A DNA stretch of 64,000 nucleotides, taken from Candidatus Magasanikiibacteriota bacterium. Its GTDB lineage: Bacteria; Patescibacteriota; Patescibacteriia; Magasanikbacterales; GWA2-37-8. Below, piece after piece: positions 48,401 through 58,149 of this stretch (positions within the stretch are counted from its first letter, which is position 1; each line of letters starts with the position of its first letter). Made by a program: the position numbers and the translations under genes. The notes beneath the pieces were generated by a model. That model ran no database searches and had not been told where the DNA came from. It was given only the letters and a program-made list of their open reading frames with translations. The stretch is taken from assembly GCA_041665405.1 (NCBI GenBank), contig JBAYIZ010000002.1:7300-71299 (forward strand). The letters run 5' to 3'.

Positions 48401-51400
48401 TAAACACTGTCAGTTTCGCGATTGAATATCCAGATGCGTATAGTACGTTATTTAGCAATAAACCCAATACAGGTTCGTTTGATTGGTTTATTCCATTTCA
48501 TCCAAATTTTATTGGTAATAAATTTAAAATTAGAGTATCGGGTGCTGATAGTGTGAACAATGAATATAGTACGGATAGTAGTGATAATTATTTTACTATT
48601 AAAGACCCATCTCCCAAACCAGCTGATCCATGGGCTATGCCACAATATTTGTTTGATGCTATTACGTCTACCGCGCAAATTATTTCTCGTGGTAATTACC
48701 AAATTGATTACGACCAAAACGGCGTCGCACATATGGTATATAAATATACCGAAGATTATTTAAGTTTAAGTCCACGTGTAATCAATGAAAAATTGATGTA
48801 TACAAAATTTGAAAATGATGCTTGGACAATGCCAATATCGATTTATGAAAAAAGATGGGAAACAGATAGTAACTTAAACGGTTATCAACCAATAGTTAAT
48901 CTTAAAATGAAATTATTTAATGGTTATCCGCAGTTACTTTGGCAGAGTAGTTATTCGGGTGGTTGTATAAATTTTAATACTCAAGAAATTTATCATTATT
49001 ATTTTGATGGTAATAACTGGATTGGACCGACAAATTTATCAAATAACAATACCGAATCTCGCGACCCTGATTTTACCATAGATAAAAATGGCAATGTGAG
49101 CGCGGTGTGGAGTGATGGTTATACTTGGAACGATACCTGTGATCCTGTTGGTGACAGAACATCATTATTTACTAGTAAATTTTTAAGTGGTGGATGGGCC
49201 AATCCAACAACTTTAAGTTTAGATCAATACACCGGTTATCTTTTGTTGGCCACTACTGCTGATAATAAATTACATCTTGTGTTTCGTTCTGGAAGTGATG
49301 AAAAGATAAAGCATACCATGAAAAATGGTTCAACTTGGTCTACTCCAGTTGCTTTGGCCAATGGTTTTATTGATAATCCAAGCTTGCAATCGTTTGGCAA
49401 CAAGTTACACTATGTTTATCGTGAGAGGTATACAGATCCCACAACTAATATAAATAGAACAAGAGCGATGTACACGGGTTATGATAGTTCGGTTTGGAAT
49501 ACTCCAGAAGAAGTATCTTTAATAGCAGATAAATTAAGCGCGGAAATTCCACGCGTGACTGTGTCTAGCAACGGCCAACCGCAGATTATTTTTCAGAGTT
49601 ATAATAGTGTTTCCAATAAAGCACAATTAGTATGGACTACAAAATTACCAAATAATAAATGGTTAACACCTCAAAATATTGCTTTTGATAGTCAAAGTTA
49701 TTTTGATGGTAGCGGCGTAGTTTATGGTGGGTTAAATAATAATTTGCTAGCCGTATGGACTGGAACTTATTCTTATAAACCACAAATTATTTTTAATACC
49801 GCTGATTTAAATATTGACTATATCTGGCCAGAGGTGGTAGTTGGCATTAGCGCAACTTCTACAAAGCAAATAGTAAAAGTTCAATGGTCTAAATATGATA
49901 ATATTGATGATGATTTTGATCATTTTAATATTTATCGTTCCGTTACCACTAGTTTAAACGGATTAAACCCAATTGGGACAGTCAGTAATATTTCATCGAC
50001 TGAATATACTGACGGCGGACTTAAATCTAGTAGTATTTATTATTATTCTGTAACTATAGTTGATAAAAGTGGCCATGAAAGTACGGCAACTACTTGGTCA
50101 AATGGGGTAGATGTTGTGCAGGATACTAGTTCGATAGTAGACTTATTATTCGAAGAAAGTGGTAATGGCGCAGGAATTGATTATTCTGGCAATGGCAACA
50201 ATGCTACTTGTAGTGTTGGGTTGTGTCCTGTTGTTGGTATTAAGGGTGTAGAGGGTAACACTATAAATTTTAACGGCAAAGATCAATCAATGAGTGTAGC
50301 CAATAATTCTTCACTTAATCTTGTTAATGCAGTGTCAGTAGAAGCTTGGATCAAACCAAAAAATAATAATAGTGATGCTAGTCCTTATGAAGTAGTAGCA
50401 ACAAAAAATTTGAATTATGAATTATCTATTTCAAAATATGGAGCGGTAAGGTATGGGATTATTAATGAGAATAATATTAGACAAGTCAAAGATTCTCCAA
50501 ATGTTTTGGCTTTTGATTCTTGGAATTATGTAGTGATGACTTATGATGGTGCTTTCGTTCGAGCATATGTTAATGGTGAATTGGTTAGTAGCTTGGCGCA
50601 AACTGGTAAAATTCGCAATGATAATACTGCATTAACTATCGGTCAATGGGATAACTTTTACCATTTTAATGGTGACATGGATCAAGTGACTGTATACAAC
50701 AAAACTTTGAGTTTGCAAGAAATAGAAACTTATTATGCTAAATTTACCAAACAAGAATTTGGATTGTTGACTTACTATAAATTGGACGATAGCGTGGGCT
50801 CAAATAATTTTGTTGATAGTTCTGGAAATTTAATCAACAGTGTGTCTTGTACAGGAAATGGTTGCCCAATTAGTGGTGTACTAGGTCGCAAAGATACAGC
50901 TGTTTTATTTGATGGTAAAGATGATTATTTAAAATTGAATGATAATAATTTTATTAACCCCTCTAAACAAATAACTATAGAGGCTTGGATAAAACCATCT
51001 TTCAAAATAACTGATCCGATTTATCAAGTAGTAGCTACAAAAAATTTGAATTATGAGTTATCGGTGTCCAAATATGGTGCCTTGCGATGTGGAATTATAA
51101 ATTCTGCAGGACAAAGATTAGTAAAAGATATTCCTAATGTCGTTGTCAATAATAGATGGAATCATATTGCTATGATTTATGATGGTGCCAAAATTGATTA
51201 TTATGTTAATGGTGAGAAAGTCGGCACTCTACCACAGGTTGGTCTTATAAGAAGTGACACGACCCCTCTTTTAATTGGTCAGTTTGATAATTATTATTGG
51301 TTTGATGGCGTAATTGATGAATTGAAGATTTATGATAATGCTTTGTCTGCTGCAGATATTAAGAGTCATTATGACGAATTTCCTTTAGCGGTTGGTGTAG

Positions 51401-52020
51401 ATATGCCGTTGAATTTGAATTTGGATGAAAATGTCGGAGCTACATTATTTGTTGATCAATCTGCTAATAACAATAATGCAATTTGCGTTGGAGGTTTTTG
51501 CCCGACAGCGGGAGCAGAGGGTAAGGTAAATTTTGGCTTGAATTTTGATGGTTTGAATGATTATTTATCAGTTACTAGTAGTGATGCCATTAATCTCATA
51601 AAATCTGTATCCATCGAGGCCTGGATAAACCCAAATTTTGCTCCTAATGATATGTATTATCAAGTTGTTTTGACCAAAGATTTAAATTATGAGTTAACGG
51701 TGACAAGGGATGGTTCTTTAAGAACTGGTATTACTAATCAGCTGGGTAGTCGAGTGGTATTTAATAGCCCCGGGGTAATTATTAACAATCAATGGAGTCA
51801 TATAGTTATGACTTACGACGGTTTTAAAATTCGTGCTTATGTTAACGGAGTGAAAGTGGGCGAACAATCCCAAACCGGTCTTATCAATATTAATGATAAG
51901 CTACTCTCTATTGGTAATCTAAATAATTATTATTGGTTCCATGGTTTGATGGATAATGTAAAATTATACGGTGTTGTACTTTCTGACGCTGAAATTTTGG
52001 ATCACTACAACAATCTTTAG
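45466..52020 (+). CDS. Giant (2184 aa) secreted surface protein: signal peptide; prenyltransferase/squalene-oxidase-like alpha-alpha toroid repeats; CARDB/Ig-like and propeller-like regions; three C-terminal LamG/concanavalin-A-like lectin domains
   Basis: Repeats QNADGSFGD / NKDGGYGLQ / PSDGGMRF. The CARDB-like segment is LILTNLVSTGSL...FSLTIQNRGYAPA. Three LamG-like repeats each contain ...EAWIKP...YQVVATKNLNYEL...YDG...YVNGE... Confidence 0.7.
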   Translation: MLFKRMLVYLTIVSMIGGNFIPFVGVSAANNSKVPKKKDITPVASAAIPETDWSAVDWNEELVLPEDQMEYQRQVKELQDSGRDSEIKNLVVKKHKLSDDDIMARSNVPKDIREMVDDYKNVVSSLGKQVDVKRLEAEKLLLSERIASEHPFVGDKKLNLDINVDQIIDVKSAAKLKPKKLIPYTPNIPTVVEIKPKIKSQTKEKQSNFDLYNVTSRGLRDKADKIEKDIRQKNDKRSVSDLGSSIRKFFGIESASASTPIINYYSGIEKYSSDNALYYISNQQNADGSFGDTSLYENTAQVVWALSEYGRTNNDQYTAAVNYLKNTAPENIREQAVKARVLYGLGLPYQSILDDIIANRNKDGGYGLQKGYVSDVITTGEVVTTLWAGNYSIQDALPKGLLFISSQIPSDGGMRFTANSNPSYFLINFTAQYLYPFKSFTLANDSGVSIPLQPKINSLLNYLSLQFDSSAERLLGAESSLDESATINTWNIYQTDLDKAKLLTSSLQEKQFIDGSFDQSNLATLSALKVIAKPDLILTNLVSTGSLINKSQASFSLTIQNRGYAPAVTTTIYLFAESYNTGIKINLKDLVSAIEPNETITINFNISDTISYFGDVEIKMYAEDDGDINYDDNWIAKTFTFASAANNSPALQMFYMAGKHVIAGNPSLNVRWAKPKVDPNRLNYVIMWRQKGTTDWSFYGINTTWNGAFLGGGFVDGTTYEVTAGVLYNDEQTVTYFSNTTDVKTGAVENMYMGNLSGYITLDNQPLPNVSISGFGVNGKSDSNGNINLSSIPNGSSMSKVQTYQYDELYSTRFPIAINATTTGVRFLTHLKDDVTTPTISNTELRWASNYKVKNQKEYQLLTWGADNVAIKEGDFYLWNPNTQMWTFLSTSPVNSSGGNYTELKWYIPTDLPLGAGYKIKGNLRDYRGNESVFKEWGPFEIIDGTAPQFTVLFPNGGEELVLGTTNTIKWTTTSTNPVNTVSFAIEYPDAYSTLFSNKPNTGSFDWFIPFHPNFIGNKFKIRVSGADSVNNEYSTDSSDNYFTIKDPSPKPADPWAMPQYLFDAITSTAQIISRGNYQIDYDQNGVAHMVYKYTEDYLSLSPRVINEKLMYTKFENDAWTMPISIYEKRWETDSNLNGYQPIVNLKMKLFNGYPQLLWQSSYSGGCINFNTQEIYHYYFDGNNWIGPTNLSNNNTESRDPDFTIDKNGNVSAVWSDGYTWNDTCDPVGDRTSLFTSKFLSGGWANPTTLSLDQYTGYLLLATTADNKLHLVFRSGSDEKIKHTMKNGSTWSTPVALANGFIDNPSLQSFGNKLHYVYRERYTDPTTNINRTRAMYTGYDSSVWNTPEEVSLIADKLSAEIPRVTVSSNGQPQIIFQSYNSVSNKAQLVWTTKLPNNKWLTPQNIAFDSQSYFDGSGVVYGGLNNNLLAVWTGTYSYKPQIIFNTADLNIDYIWPEVVVGISATSTKQIVKVQWSKYDNIDDDFDHFNIYRSVTTSLNGLNPIGTVSNISSTEYTDGGLKSSSIYYYSVTIVDKSGHESTATTWSNGVDVVQDTSSIVDLLFEESGNGAGIDYSGNGNNATCSVGLCPVVGIKGVEGNTINFNGKDQSMSVANNSSLNLVNAVSVEAWIKPKNNNSDASPYEVVATKNLNYELSISKYGAVRYGIINENNIRQVKDSPNVLAFDSWNYVVMTYDGAFVRAYVNGELVSSLAQTGKIRNDNTALTIGQWDNFYHFNGDMDQVTVYNKTLSLQEIETYYAKFTKQEFGLLTYYKLDDSVGSNNFVDSSGNLINSVSCTGNGCPISGVLGRKDTAVLFDGKDDYLKLNDNNFINPSKQITIEAWIKPSFKITDPIYQVVATKNLNYELSVSKYGALRCGIINSAGQRLVKDIPNVVVNNRWNHIAMIYDGAKIDYYVNGEKVGTLPQVGLIRSDTTPLLIGQFDNYYWFDGVIDELKIYDNALSAADIKSHYDEFPLAVGVDMPLNLNLDENVGATLFVDQSANNNNAICVGGFCPTAGAEGKVNFGLNFDGLNDYLSVTSSDAINLIKSVSIEAWINPNFAPNDMYYQVVLTKDLNYELTVTRDGSLRTGITNQLGSRVVFNSPGVIINNQWSHIVMTYDGFKIRAYVNGVKVGEQSQTGLININDKLLSIGNLNNYYWFHGLMDNVKLYGVVLSDAEILDHYNNL

Positions 52021-52206
52021 TGTTTATTTGTCAGAGTTGAATCATTTAGTCCCTCTCTATTTTAAAAAGAGAGAGGCTAAATTAGTAGATTTGGATGTAA
52101 GGAAAATTGTTAACTGTTCTAGAACTGAAGAGATTGAAGAATATTTTCGAAGCTGGTAATAAAAAAATAATTTCAAATATTTTTGTCATTGTGTATGACT
52201 TAAAAT

Positions 52207-52557
52207 ATGAACAAAAAAATACTGAGAAAACAAGAAATAATGTGTGATAAATATGGGGTAAAATGGATAGAATCACCAGATTCTATGAAAGTTGGTATAA
52301 GTAAAAATATTAAGGAAGGAAAGTTGCCAATCAATGGGATGAGACATCCAATATCGGGCGACACTACAGGTTGGTATATTTGGGGCGGCGAAGACATAAC
52401 AAAAGACAAAGATTTTTTTGTGCCATTGCATGTAAATCATTTAGAAGAATGGTGTCCACAGGTTTTGAAATATTTAGGATTGCCACCAGGTAGTAGGTTT
52501 CAAATAGCCGATAATTATGAGGATGTGTGGACGGATAAGAGCTTGTTAATTGCCTAA
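52207..52557 (+). CDS. Hypothetical small cytoplasmic protein (116 aa; immunity-protein-like fold suspected)
   Basis: No signal peptide. ...GDTTGWYIWGGEDI... reminiscent of small immunity-type proteins. Weak. Confidence 0.3.
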   Translation: MNKKILRKQEIMCDKYGVKWIESPDSMKVGISKNIKEGKLPINGMRHPISGDTTGWYIWGGEDITKDKDFFVPLHVNHLEEWCPQVLKYLGLPPGSRFQIADNYEDVWTDKSLLIA

Positions 52558-52569
52558 TTAAAAAACCAA

Positions 52570-53634
52570 TTGTATATGCGAAATCAAAAACACATTTTAT
52601 TCATCACGATAGTATTTATTGTATTTTTGTTTTCCTATTCAAACAAAGTTTCAGCTGATACCGTTGTACCTATATTGTTGCCATTTTCGGCTGGAAACTC
52701 TTCAAACGTAGTTCTAGAAAAGAAATACAATCCAGCCAAATTCGAACTGGGAGTAAAGGCAGAGGAAAAAAGCGAACAGGAAATTAAAAAATTAATCAAA
52801 ACAGATCCATATAAAAAAGATGACGGTGAGGTAGGCAACTTATATTTGAAAGGTGACGATCTAAATCGTTTACCAAATATTTCAAAATTGCTAAAAAGTT
52901 ATCCTCATTTACAAATCAATGATGTGAACGCCAAAGGAGATTATGTCGGTTGTCTTTCTCGAAGTGATTATGATGTTAAACGAGCATTTGCAAATATCAA
53001 AGGCAAACAATATATTATTGGTTCGGTCGCTGGTATTTTTGCCTGTGCTACTGGTATTAATGACAATGGGGATGTAGTGGGATATTACGATTATAGAGAA
53101 GGAGTGTCACGAGGTTTTTTATGGAAGAAAAACAAATTAACAAAGTTACCATTACTGAAAATAAACGAAAGTGCAATGCCAGAAAGGATTAATAATAAAG
53201 GTATAATTGTTGGTATGGCTAGTGTGGGACGACCAAATGGTATATCTGAAGAATCTCACGCGGTTCAGTGGGTAAATGTAAAAATAAAAGATCTTGGCAT
53301 TCCGGAAGATAGTGATATTAAATATTGTGGTTGGGCGTTTGATATAAATAATTACGGGCAAGTATTAGTAGATTGCGGTGGCAGGCCGGCAATGTGGTAT
53401 ATGGATAAAATGTATTATTTTGACGATTTGGTTTCTGATTTGGAAATAGGGGAGCGTTTTGATACTTTTATTGAGGATGAATTTAATAGAAACTTTTTTT
53501 CTGATAATTCATTATTTTTTAGAGCAGTAAAATGTTCTTATAAGCCGCAAAAACCTAATGAAGAAGGAATGACGTATTCTTGTGATTATAGGCGTTTGAA
53601 AGTGTCTATTCCAAGAGTACCACCTCATTATTGA
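52570..53634 (+). CDS. Secreted protein with HAF-family-like extracellular repeats
   Basis: Signal peptide. Repeated ...A.GINDNGDVVGYY...GVSRGFLW...L..LP... / ...INNKGIIVGMA... units resembling HAF repeats. Confidence 0.5.
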   Translation: MYMRNQKHILFITIVFIVFLFSYSNKVSADTVVPILLPFSAGNSSNVVLEKKYNPAKFELGVKAEEKSEQEIKKLIKTDPYKKDDGEVGNLYLKGDDLNRLPNISKLLKSYPHLQINDVNAKGDYVGCLSRSDYDVKRAFANIKGKQYIIGSVAGIFACATGINDNGDVVGYYDYREGVSRGFLWKKNKLTKLPLLKINESAMPERINNKGIIVGMASVGRPNGISEESHAVQWVNVKIKDLGIPEDSDIKYCGWAFDINNYGQVLVDCGGRPAMWYMDKMYYFDDLVSDLEIGERFDTFIEDEFNRNFFSDNSLFFRAVKCSYKPQKPNEEGMTYSCDYRRLKVSIPRVPPHY

Positions 53635-53756
53635 CAAAAAAGCCATTCTATAGTATGTTGACTGTATAATCAAAAGGTTATATGTTAAGTGTTATATACA
53701 GTACTGGCATATTTGAATACGAGATTATCGCGTTAAGTTTACGTTTATCCTAATAG

Positions 53757-53777
53757 CTCCCCAAAAGGGAGTTTTTA
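53757..53777 (+). terminator. Rho-independent terminator (ctccc-caaaa-gggag + T5)
   Basis: Hairpin plus T-run in the intergenic region after the HAF-repeat gene. Confidence 0.45.
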
Positions 53778-53821
53778 TTATATTTATTAATTTTTTTAAG
53801 AAATAATTAACGTATATCCAT

Positions 53822-56098
53822 ATGAAATTTTGGCAAAACAACAAATTCGTGAATATCCCAATGGGAATATTCCTAATAGTCGGAACACTTATTGTAGGTT
53901 TGGGTGCTTTTTTAAATATCGCGAAAGCACAAACTCCTTGGTATGATTCAGCTTGGCAGTATCGCTCCGTGGTTACTGTAGATAATTCTGCAGTTTCGTC
54001 TGTAACGAATTTACCAATAAAATTTATTTTAGACACAGCTACCTTGATAACAGATAATAAATTAAAATCAGATTGTAGTGATATCCGGTTGACTGATAGC
54101 GACGGAGTGACTTTGTTGCCTGTATATATGGAAACCAATTCTTGTAATTCAGTAGCGTCTGTTTTTTATGGTAAAGTTCCTTCGATTGCTTCTGCTTCCA
54201 CCACGACTATTTATCTATACTATGGAAACCCATCCGCATCCGCAAATTTTTCTTGGGACAATGTATTTTTACCATATAGCGAACAATCAATTGTAAGTTC
54301 TAATATTCCGGGAGCTCGTTATGAACATAAATCTATTTTTTGGAATAATAAATTTTGGGTAATAGGTGGTAGAGTTACACCAAGCACGGATATCGGTTAC
54401 AAAAATGATGTCTGGAGTAGTGAAGATGGAAAAAATTGGACTTTGGTAACTAATAACGGTGATTTTCCCGCGCGTGCCAATTTTGCAATTTATAATTTTC
54501 AAGATAAACTTTGGATTGCGGGTGGTCATGTCGGTATAAGTGTTGATGGTGTGGCAGTAGATGTAAAATTTAGCGATGTCTGGAATACTAGTGATGGTAT
54601 TACTTGGACAAAAGTCACCGAAAATGCTCCTTGGGGTCTTCGTGATAATATGGCTTTCGGTGTTTTTAATAATAAAATGTGGTTAATCGGTGGAACTGTG
54701 AGTGTTGGTGGTGTGAATCAATATGGTAGTGATATTTGGAGTAGTAGTGATGGGGTAAGTTGGAATCAAGAAGTCGTAGTTGCTGATTGGGGGACTCGTT
54801 CATTTGCCAGTGCTTTGACTTTTAATAATAAAATGTATTTGATGGCTGGGTATGGTGCTAATGTAGGTACTACTACAAAAGCATATAAAAATGATGTTTG
54901 GTCTAGTTCTGATGGTATAAATTGGACTGAGGAAACATCTTCATCCGGTTGGAGTCAACGACAGTATGCGGCCACTGCTGTGGCTATGGATAAAATGTGG
55001 ATTTCTGCTGGAAATAGAGGTGCAAGTTTTTTTGATGATTTGTGGTATAGCTCAGATGGTATTACTTGGACAGAAGTTACTGAAACAGCTATTCCTACTC
55101 GTACTAGACACGCTTTGGTTAGTGATGGTACGCGATTACTTTTGATTGATGGTTTGGGATTAGGAAGTTCGTTGTTGTCTGATCGTTGGCAGTTGGTTCG
55201 TCCGTTTGTTGCGCCTGAGCCAATAATTTCTGTAATGGTTGGTAAAGTATATGATATTACAGCCCCTGTGATTACCTTAAATGGCGGTAATGTTTCTGTG
55301 ACAGTAGATTCGGTGTATATTGATGCTGGCGCGACTGCTTTGGATAATGTTGATGGCGATTTAACTTCTAAAATAATTATTAATAATTTGGTAAATACTG
55401 CAGTAACCGGTACTTATGCTGTTACATATGATGTAGTTGATGATGCTGGCAATAATGCTATTCAAATGACAAGGACAGTCACTGTAGTGACGGTTCCAGA
55501 GGCGAATTATAGTCATGTTATTGAATTAAAATCCGGATGGAATGTAATTTCCACACCTCGTATAGTTGCATCACACTTATTTTCAACTTCGGAAACAGTA
55601 GAAAATTTTTCTGTTTATGTTTTGGATCCAACCAATATTTCTGGTTGGTCTACAATGTCTGAAATTGGGCAGACCGAATTTACTCCATTGTATGGATATT
55701 TTATTTATAATAAAACTGGTAGCAATCAAACATTAACATTGAATTATAAAACGGATGTCTCTCCAGCACAACAATTATTTGATCGTATTCTCAAAGCTGG
55801 GTGGAATGTGGTCGGTGTAGCAAATCCAGATTATGCCTTAAAACAGAATGAAACAAATGGCGCTGATACAAATAATGTCAGTAGTATTTTGAATAGTTTG
55901 TCCAGTTGTGTTTCTACGGTATTGGATTTTACTGCTGGTGAAACGGAAAAAAATTCAGTAAAAATTAGTGATGTTTGGGCTAATAAAATTTGGACCGGAG
56001 CGAATTTATTGAATGATTTTCGTGAAACAAAAGCGTATGGTGTATATGTAACATCTGATTGTAATTATGCCGGTTTGCAGAATAATAATTCAATTTAA
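53822..56098 (+). CDS. Surface protein: N-terminal TM, DUF2341-like domain, Kelch/propeller-like W-rich repeats, bacterial Ig-like (DUF5011/HYR-like) domain
   Basis: ...WYDSAWQYRSVVTVDN...LPIKFILDT...DCSDIRLTDSDG... (DUF2341 pattern). Repeated DVWSS.DG..W. blades. ...APVITLNGGNVSVTVDSVYIDAGATALDNVDGDLT... Ig-like. Confidence 0.55.
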   Translation: MKFWQNNKFVNIPMGIFLIVGTLIVGLGAFLNIAKAQTPWYDSAWQYRSVVTVDNSAVSSVTNLPIKFILDTATLITDNKLKSDCSDIRLTDSDGVTLLPVYMETNSCNSVASVFYGKVPSIASASTTTIYLYYGNPSASANFSWDNVFLPYSEQSIVSSNIPGARYEHKSIFWNNKFWVIGGRVTPSTDIGYKNDVWSSEDGKNWTLVTNNGDFPARANFAIYNFQDKLWIAGGHVGISVDGVAVDVKFSDVWNTSDGITWTKVTENAPWGLRDNMAFGVFNNKMWLIGGTVSVGGVNQYGSDIWSSSDGVSWNQEVVVADWGTRSFASALTFNNKMYLMAGYGANVGTTTKAYKNDVWSSSDGINWTEETSSSGWSQRQYAATAVAMDKMWISAGNRGASFFDDLWYSSDGITWTEVTETAIPTRTRHALVSDGTRLLLIDGLGLGSSLLSDRWQLVRPFVAPEPIISVMVGKVYDITAPVITLNGGNVSVTVDSVYIDAGATALDNVDGDLTSKIIINNLVNTAVTGTYAVTYDVVDDAGNNAIQMTRTVTVVTVPEANYSHVIELKSGWNVISTPRIVASHLFSTSETVENFSVYVLDPTNISGWSTMSEIGQTEFTPLYGYFIYNKTGSNQTLTLNYKTDVSPAQQLFDRILKAGWNVVGVANPDYALKQNETNGADTNNVSSILNSLSSCVSTVLDFTAGETEKNSVKISDVWANKIWTGANLLNDFRETKAYGVYVTSDCNYAGLQNNNSI

Positions 56099-56101
56099 TG
56101 T

Positions 56102-57028
56102 ATGAAAAGAGTGTTTATTTTCTGCGCGATTTTACTTTTGCCGGTATCAGTTTATGGGGCGAATAATAGTTTTCCATCATTTCCAATGTCGTTTTATGGC
56201 ACAGTATCTGCCGATGGGAGCTCATTGTCTAGTGGCACAAAAGTACGCGCCTATTGTAATGGCGATATAGTTGGTGAAACTACAGTAGCTGGTGGCGGTA
56301 TTTATGGCACATTCGATGTTACGGGCTCAAAATTATTGGTAAAAGAAAATAATTGTTCAGAAATTGTTTTCAAATTTTTTGATGGACAAACAGAAAAAAC
56401 CGGTTTAGAAAAAGTATCGTACAGTGGATCTTTTTCTGCTGGTATGTCTGTTAGTAAAAATTTAAATTTCAAAATTACGGCTGAGCCGGTAATTAATGTG
56501 GGGCAACCATCATCTGGTGGTGGTGGATCTAGCTACCAACCTCCTGTGGTTATTCTTCCTATTGTTACCACAACAATCAAACCAATTATTGAACCAATCA
56601 AAACAACCTCAACCGTCGGTCAAGTTCTTGGTGTCAAAATTACCCGTCTAGATGAATTGGCGGCTAAGTTGAAACAAGGACAGAGCAATAAAGAAGTGAA
56701 TGAATTGCAAAAAGAATTACAAAAACTCGGATTTTTTGCAAAGAATTTTAAGACCACAAATTATTATGGTCCTATGACCGCCGCCGCAGTGAAAAAATAT
56801 AAAGCTAGTATAAAAATTGTTTCAAATGTCGGGCAAGTTCTTGGTGTTAAAGTTACTCGTGTAGATGAATTGATTGCCAAATATAAACTTGGCCAAAGCA
56901 ACAAGGAAATTAATGAAATACAAAATGAAATGCAACGACTTGGTTTCTTTAGAAAGAATTTCAAGACCACAAACTATTATGGTCCTATGACTGCCGCCGC
57001 AGTGAAAAAATATCAGGCCAGTAAATAA
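56102..57028 (+). CDS. Secreted protein with two tandem peptidoglycan-binding (PG_binding_1-like) repeats
   Basis: Signal peptide. Near-identical ~67-aa units ...LQKLGFFAKNFKTTNYYGPMTAAAVKKYKAS... encoded by a ~200-bp tandem DNA duplication (56608-56810 and 56826-57028). Confidence 0.6.
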   Translation: MKRVFIFCAILLLPVSVYGANNSFPSFPMSFYGTVSADGSSLSSGTKVRAYCNGDIVGETTVAGGGIYGTFDVTGSKLLVKENNCSEIVFKFFDGQTEKTGLEKVSYSGSFSAGMSVSKNLNFKITAEPVINVGQPSSGGGGSSYQPPVVILPIVTTTIKPIIEPIKTTSTVGQVLGVKITRLDELAAKLKQGQSNKEVNELQKELQKLGFFAKNFKTTNYYGPMTAAAVKKYKASIKIVSNVGQVLGVKVTRVDELIAKYKLGQSNKEINEIQNEMQRLGFFRKNFKTTNYYGPMTAAAVKKYQASK

Positions 57029-57064
57029 AATGGAGTGGCTTTTGGAGAATATTTATGGTAAAAT

Positions 57065-58033
57065 ATGGATAATATGCGTAAGACATTAAAAAAATATTTC
57101 ATTCCTCACGAGGAGAACAATTATCATCCGCATATTTTGCATACCAAAAGAGCGGTATTTTATGGTTTGGTTTTTTTCTTGGCAAAAGTAGTGTTGGTGA
57201 CATTTGTGATATTTTTACCTAATGAAGTATTTGTTTTACCAGATGTATTGGCCGAAGAACAAAAACAGATTATCGCCTTGACCAATGAAGTGCGTGCAGA
57301 AAATGGCTTGCCCACATTGGACGTCGCCACAAAATTAAATACCTCAGCACAATACAAAGCCGATGATATGTCTGCTAAAGAGTATTTTGCTCATACCGAA
57401 AATAACGTCACCGTGTCTACTTGGCTTCAATCTGCTGGATACAAATATGAAACGGCTGGTGAAAATTTGGCGGTAGGGTATAGCACTGCGCAAGATATTG
57501 TAGAGGCATGGAAAAATAGCCCAACTCATTATGCGAATTTGATTGATTTAGATTTTAAGGATTTTGGTGTTGGGTTGTCTGGTGGTATGTATGATGGGCA
57601 GGCGACGGTTTTTATTGCTCAGCATTTGGCATCACCATTGGTAGTAGTTGAAAGTGAATCTGTACCAGCGGTCGCACAAACAAAAGTTGAAAAAACTATA
57701 GTTAAAAAAGAAATAGAACAAAAAATAGTAGAAATAGCCGCAACCACTTCCTCGGTGTTATCCGCCAAGGTAGAAAATGTTTCACCTACCGTCGCTCCCG
57801 TAATAAATCTTAAAGCCCCAACCCCAGTAGACAAATATATCCAAGCCAAAAGTGTTTTATCGCCGGTGACCAATATTTTTGCAGTGTCAAAGAATATTTA
57901 TTTGGTCGCCATATTTTTCTTTGCTTTTGTGTTGATTCTCAATATTATCATTGAAGTTCGTAGGCAACATCCTCATGTTATAATGCAGACGACTGGATTG
58001 ATTGCGCTACTGGTTGCGTTTTGGAAGTTTTAA
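57065..58033 (+). CDS. CAP/SCP (PR-1-like, YkwD-type) domain protein flanked by TM helices
   Basis: ...EQKQIIALTNEVRAENGLPTL...YFAHTENNV...GENLAVGYSTAQDIVEAWKNSPTHYANLI... CAP-domain signature motifs. Confidence 0.65.
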   Translation: MDNMRKTLKKYFIPHEENNYHPHILHTKRAVFYGLVFFLAKVVLVTFVIFLPNEVFVLPDVLAEEQKQIIALTNEVRAENGLPTLDVATKLNTSAQYKADDMSAKEYFAHTENNVTVSTWLQSAGYKYETAGENLAVGYSTAQDIVEAWKNSPTHYANLIDLDFKDFGVGLSGGMYDGQATVFIAQHLASPLVVVESESVPAVAQTKVEKTIVKKEIEQKIVEIAATTSSVLSAKVENVSPTVAPVINLKAPTPVDKYIQAKSVLSPVTNIFAVSKNIYLVAIFFFAFVLILNIIIEVRRQHPHVIMQTTGLIALLVAFWKF

Positions 58034-58053
58034 AATATTTTATAGCTAATAAG

Positions 58054-58081
58054 ACAGTTTGCACCTGCAAGCTGTTTTTTG
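58054..58081 (+). terminator. Rho-independent terminator (acagtttgca-cc-tgcaagctgt + T6)
   Basis: 10-bp stem (one G-U) followed by TTTTTT, after the CAP-domain gene. Confidence 0.55.
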
Positions 58082-58149
58082 TTGTATTATTGCATTTTAG
58101 TTTGTTTTAAGATAAAATACACTTATTCAAAAAATAGTAATTAATATTT

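Noticed and set aside
40234-56098. Additional DGR target genes (remote VRs) among the large surface proteins
   Set aside because: Scanning by eye found no second GC-rich, A-depleted stretch resembling the TR (e.g. ...gtcggcgccttcccgctg) or the IMH in these genes. A computational TR-versus-window alignment is needed to be sure.
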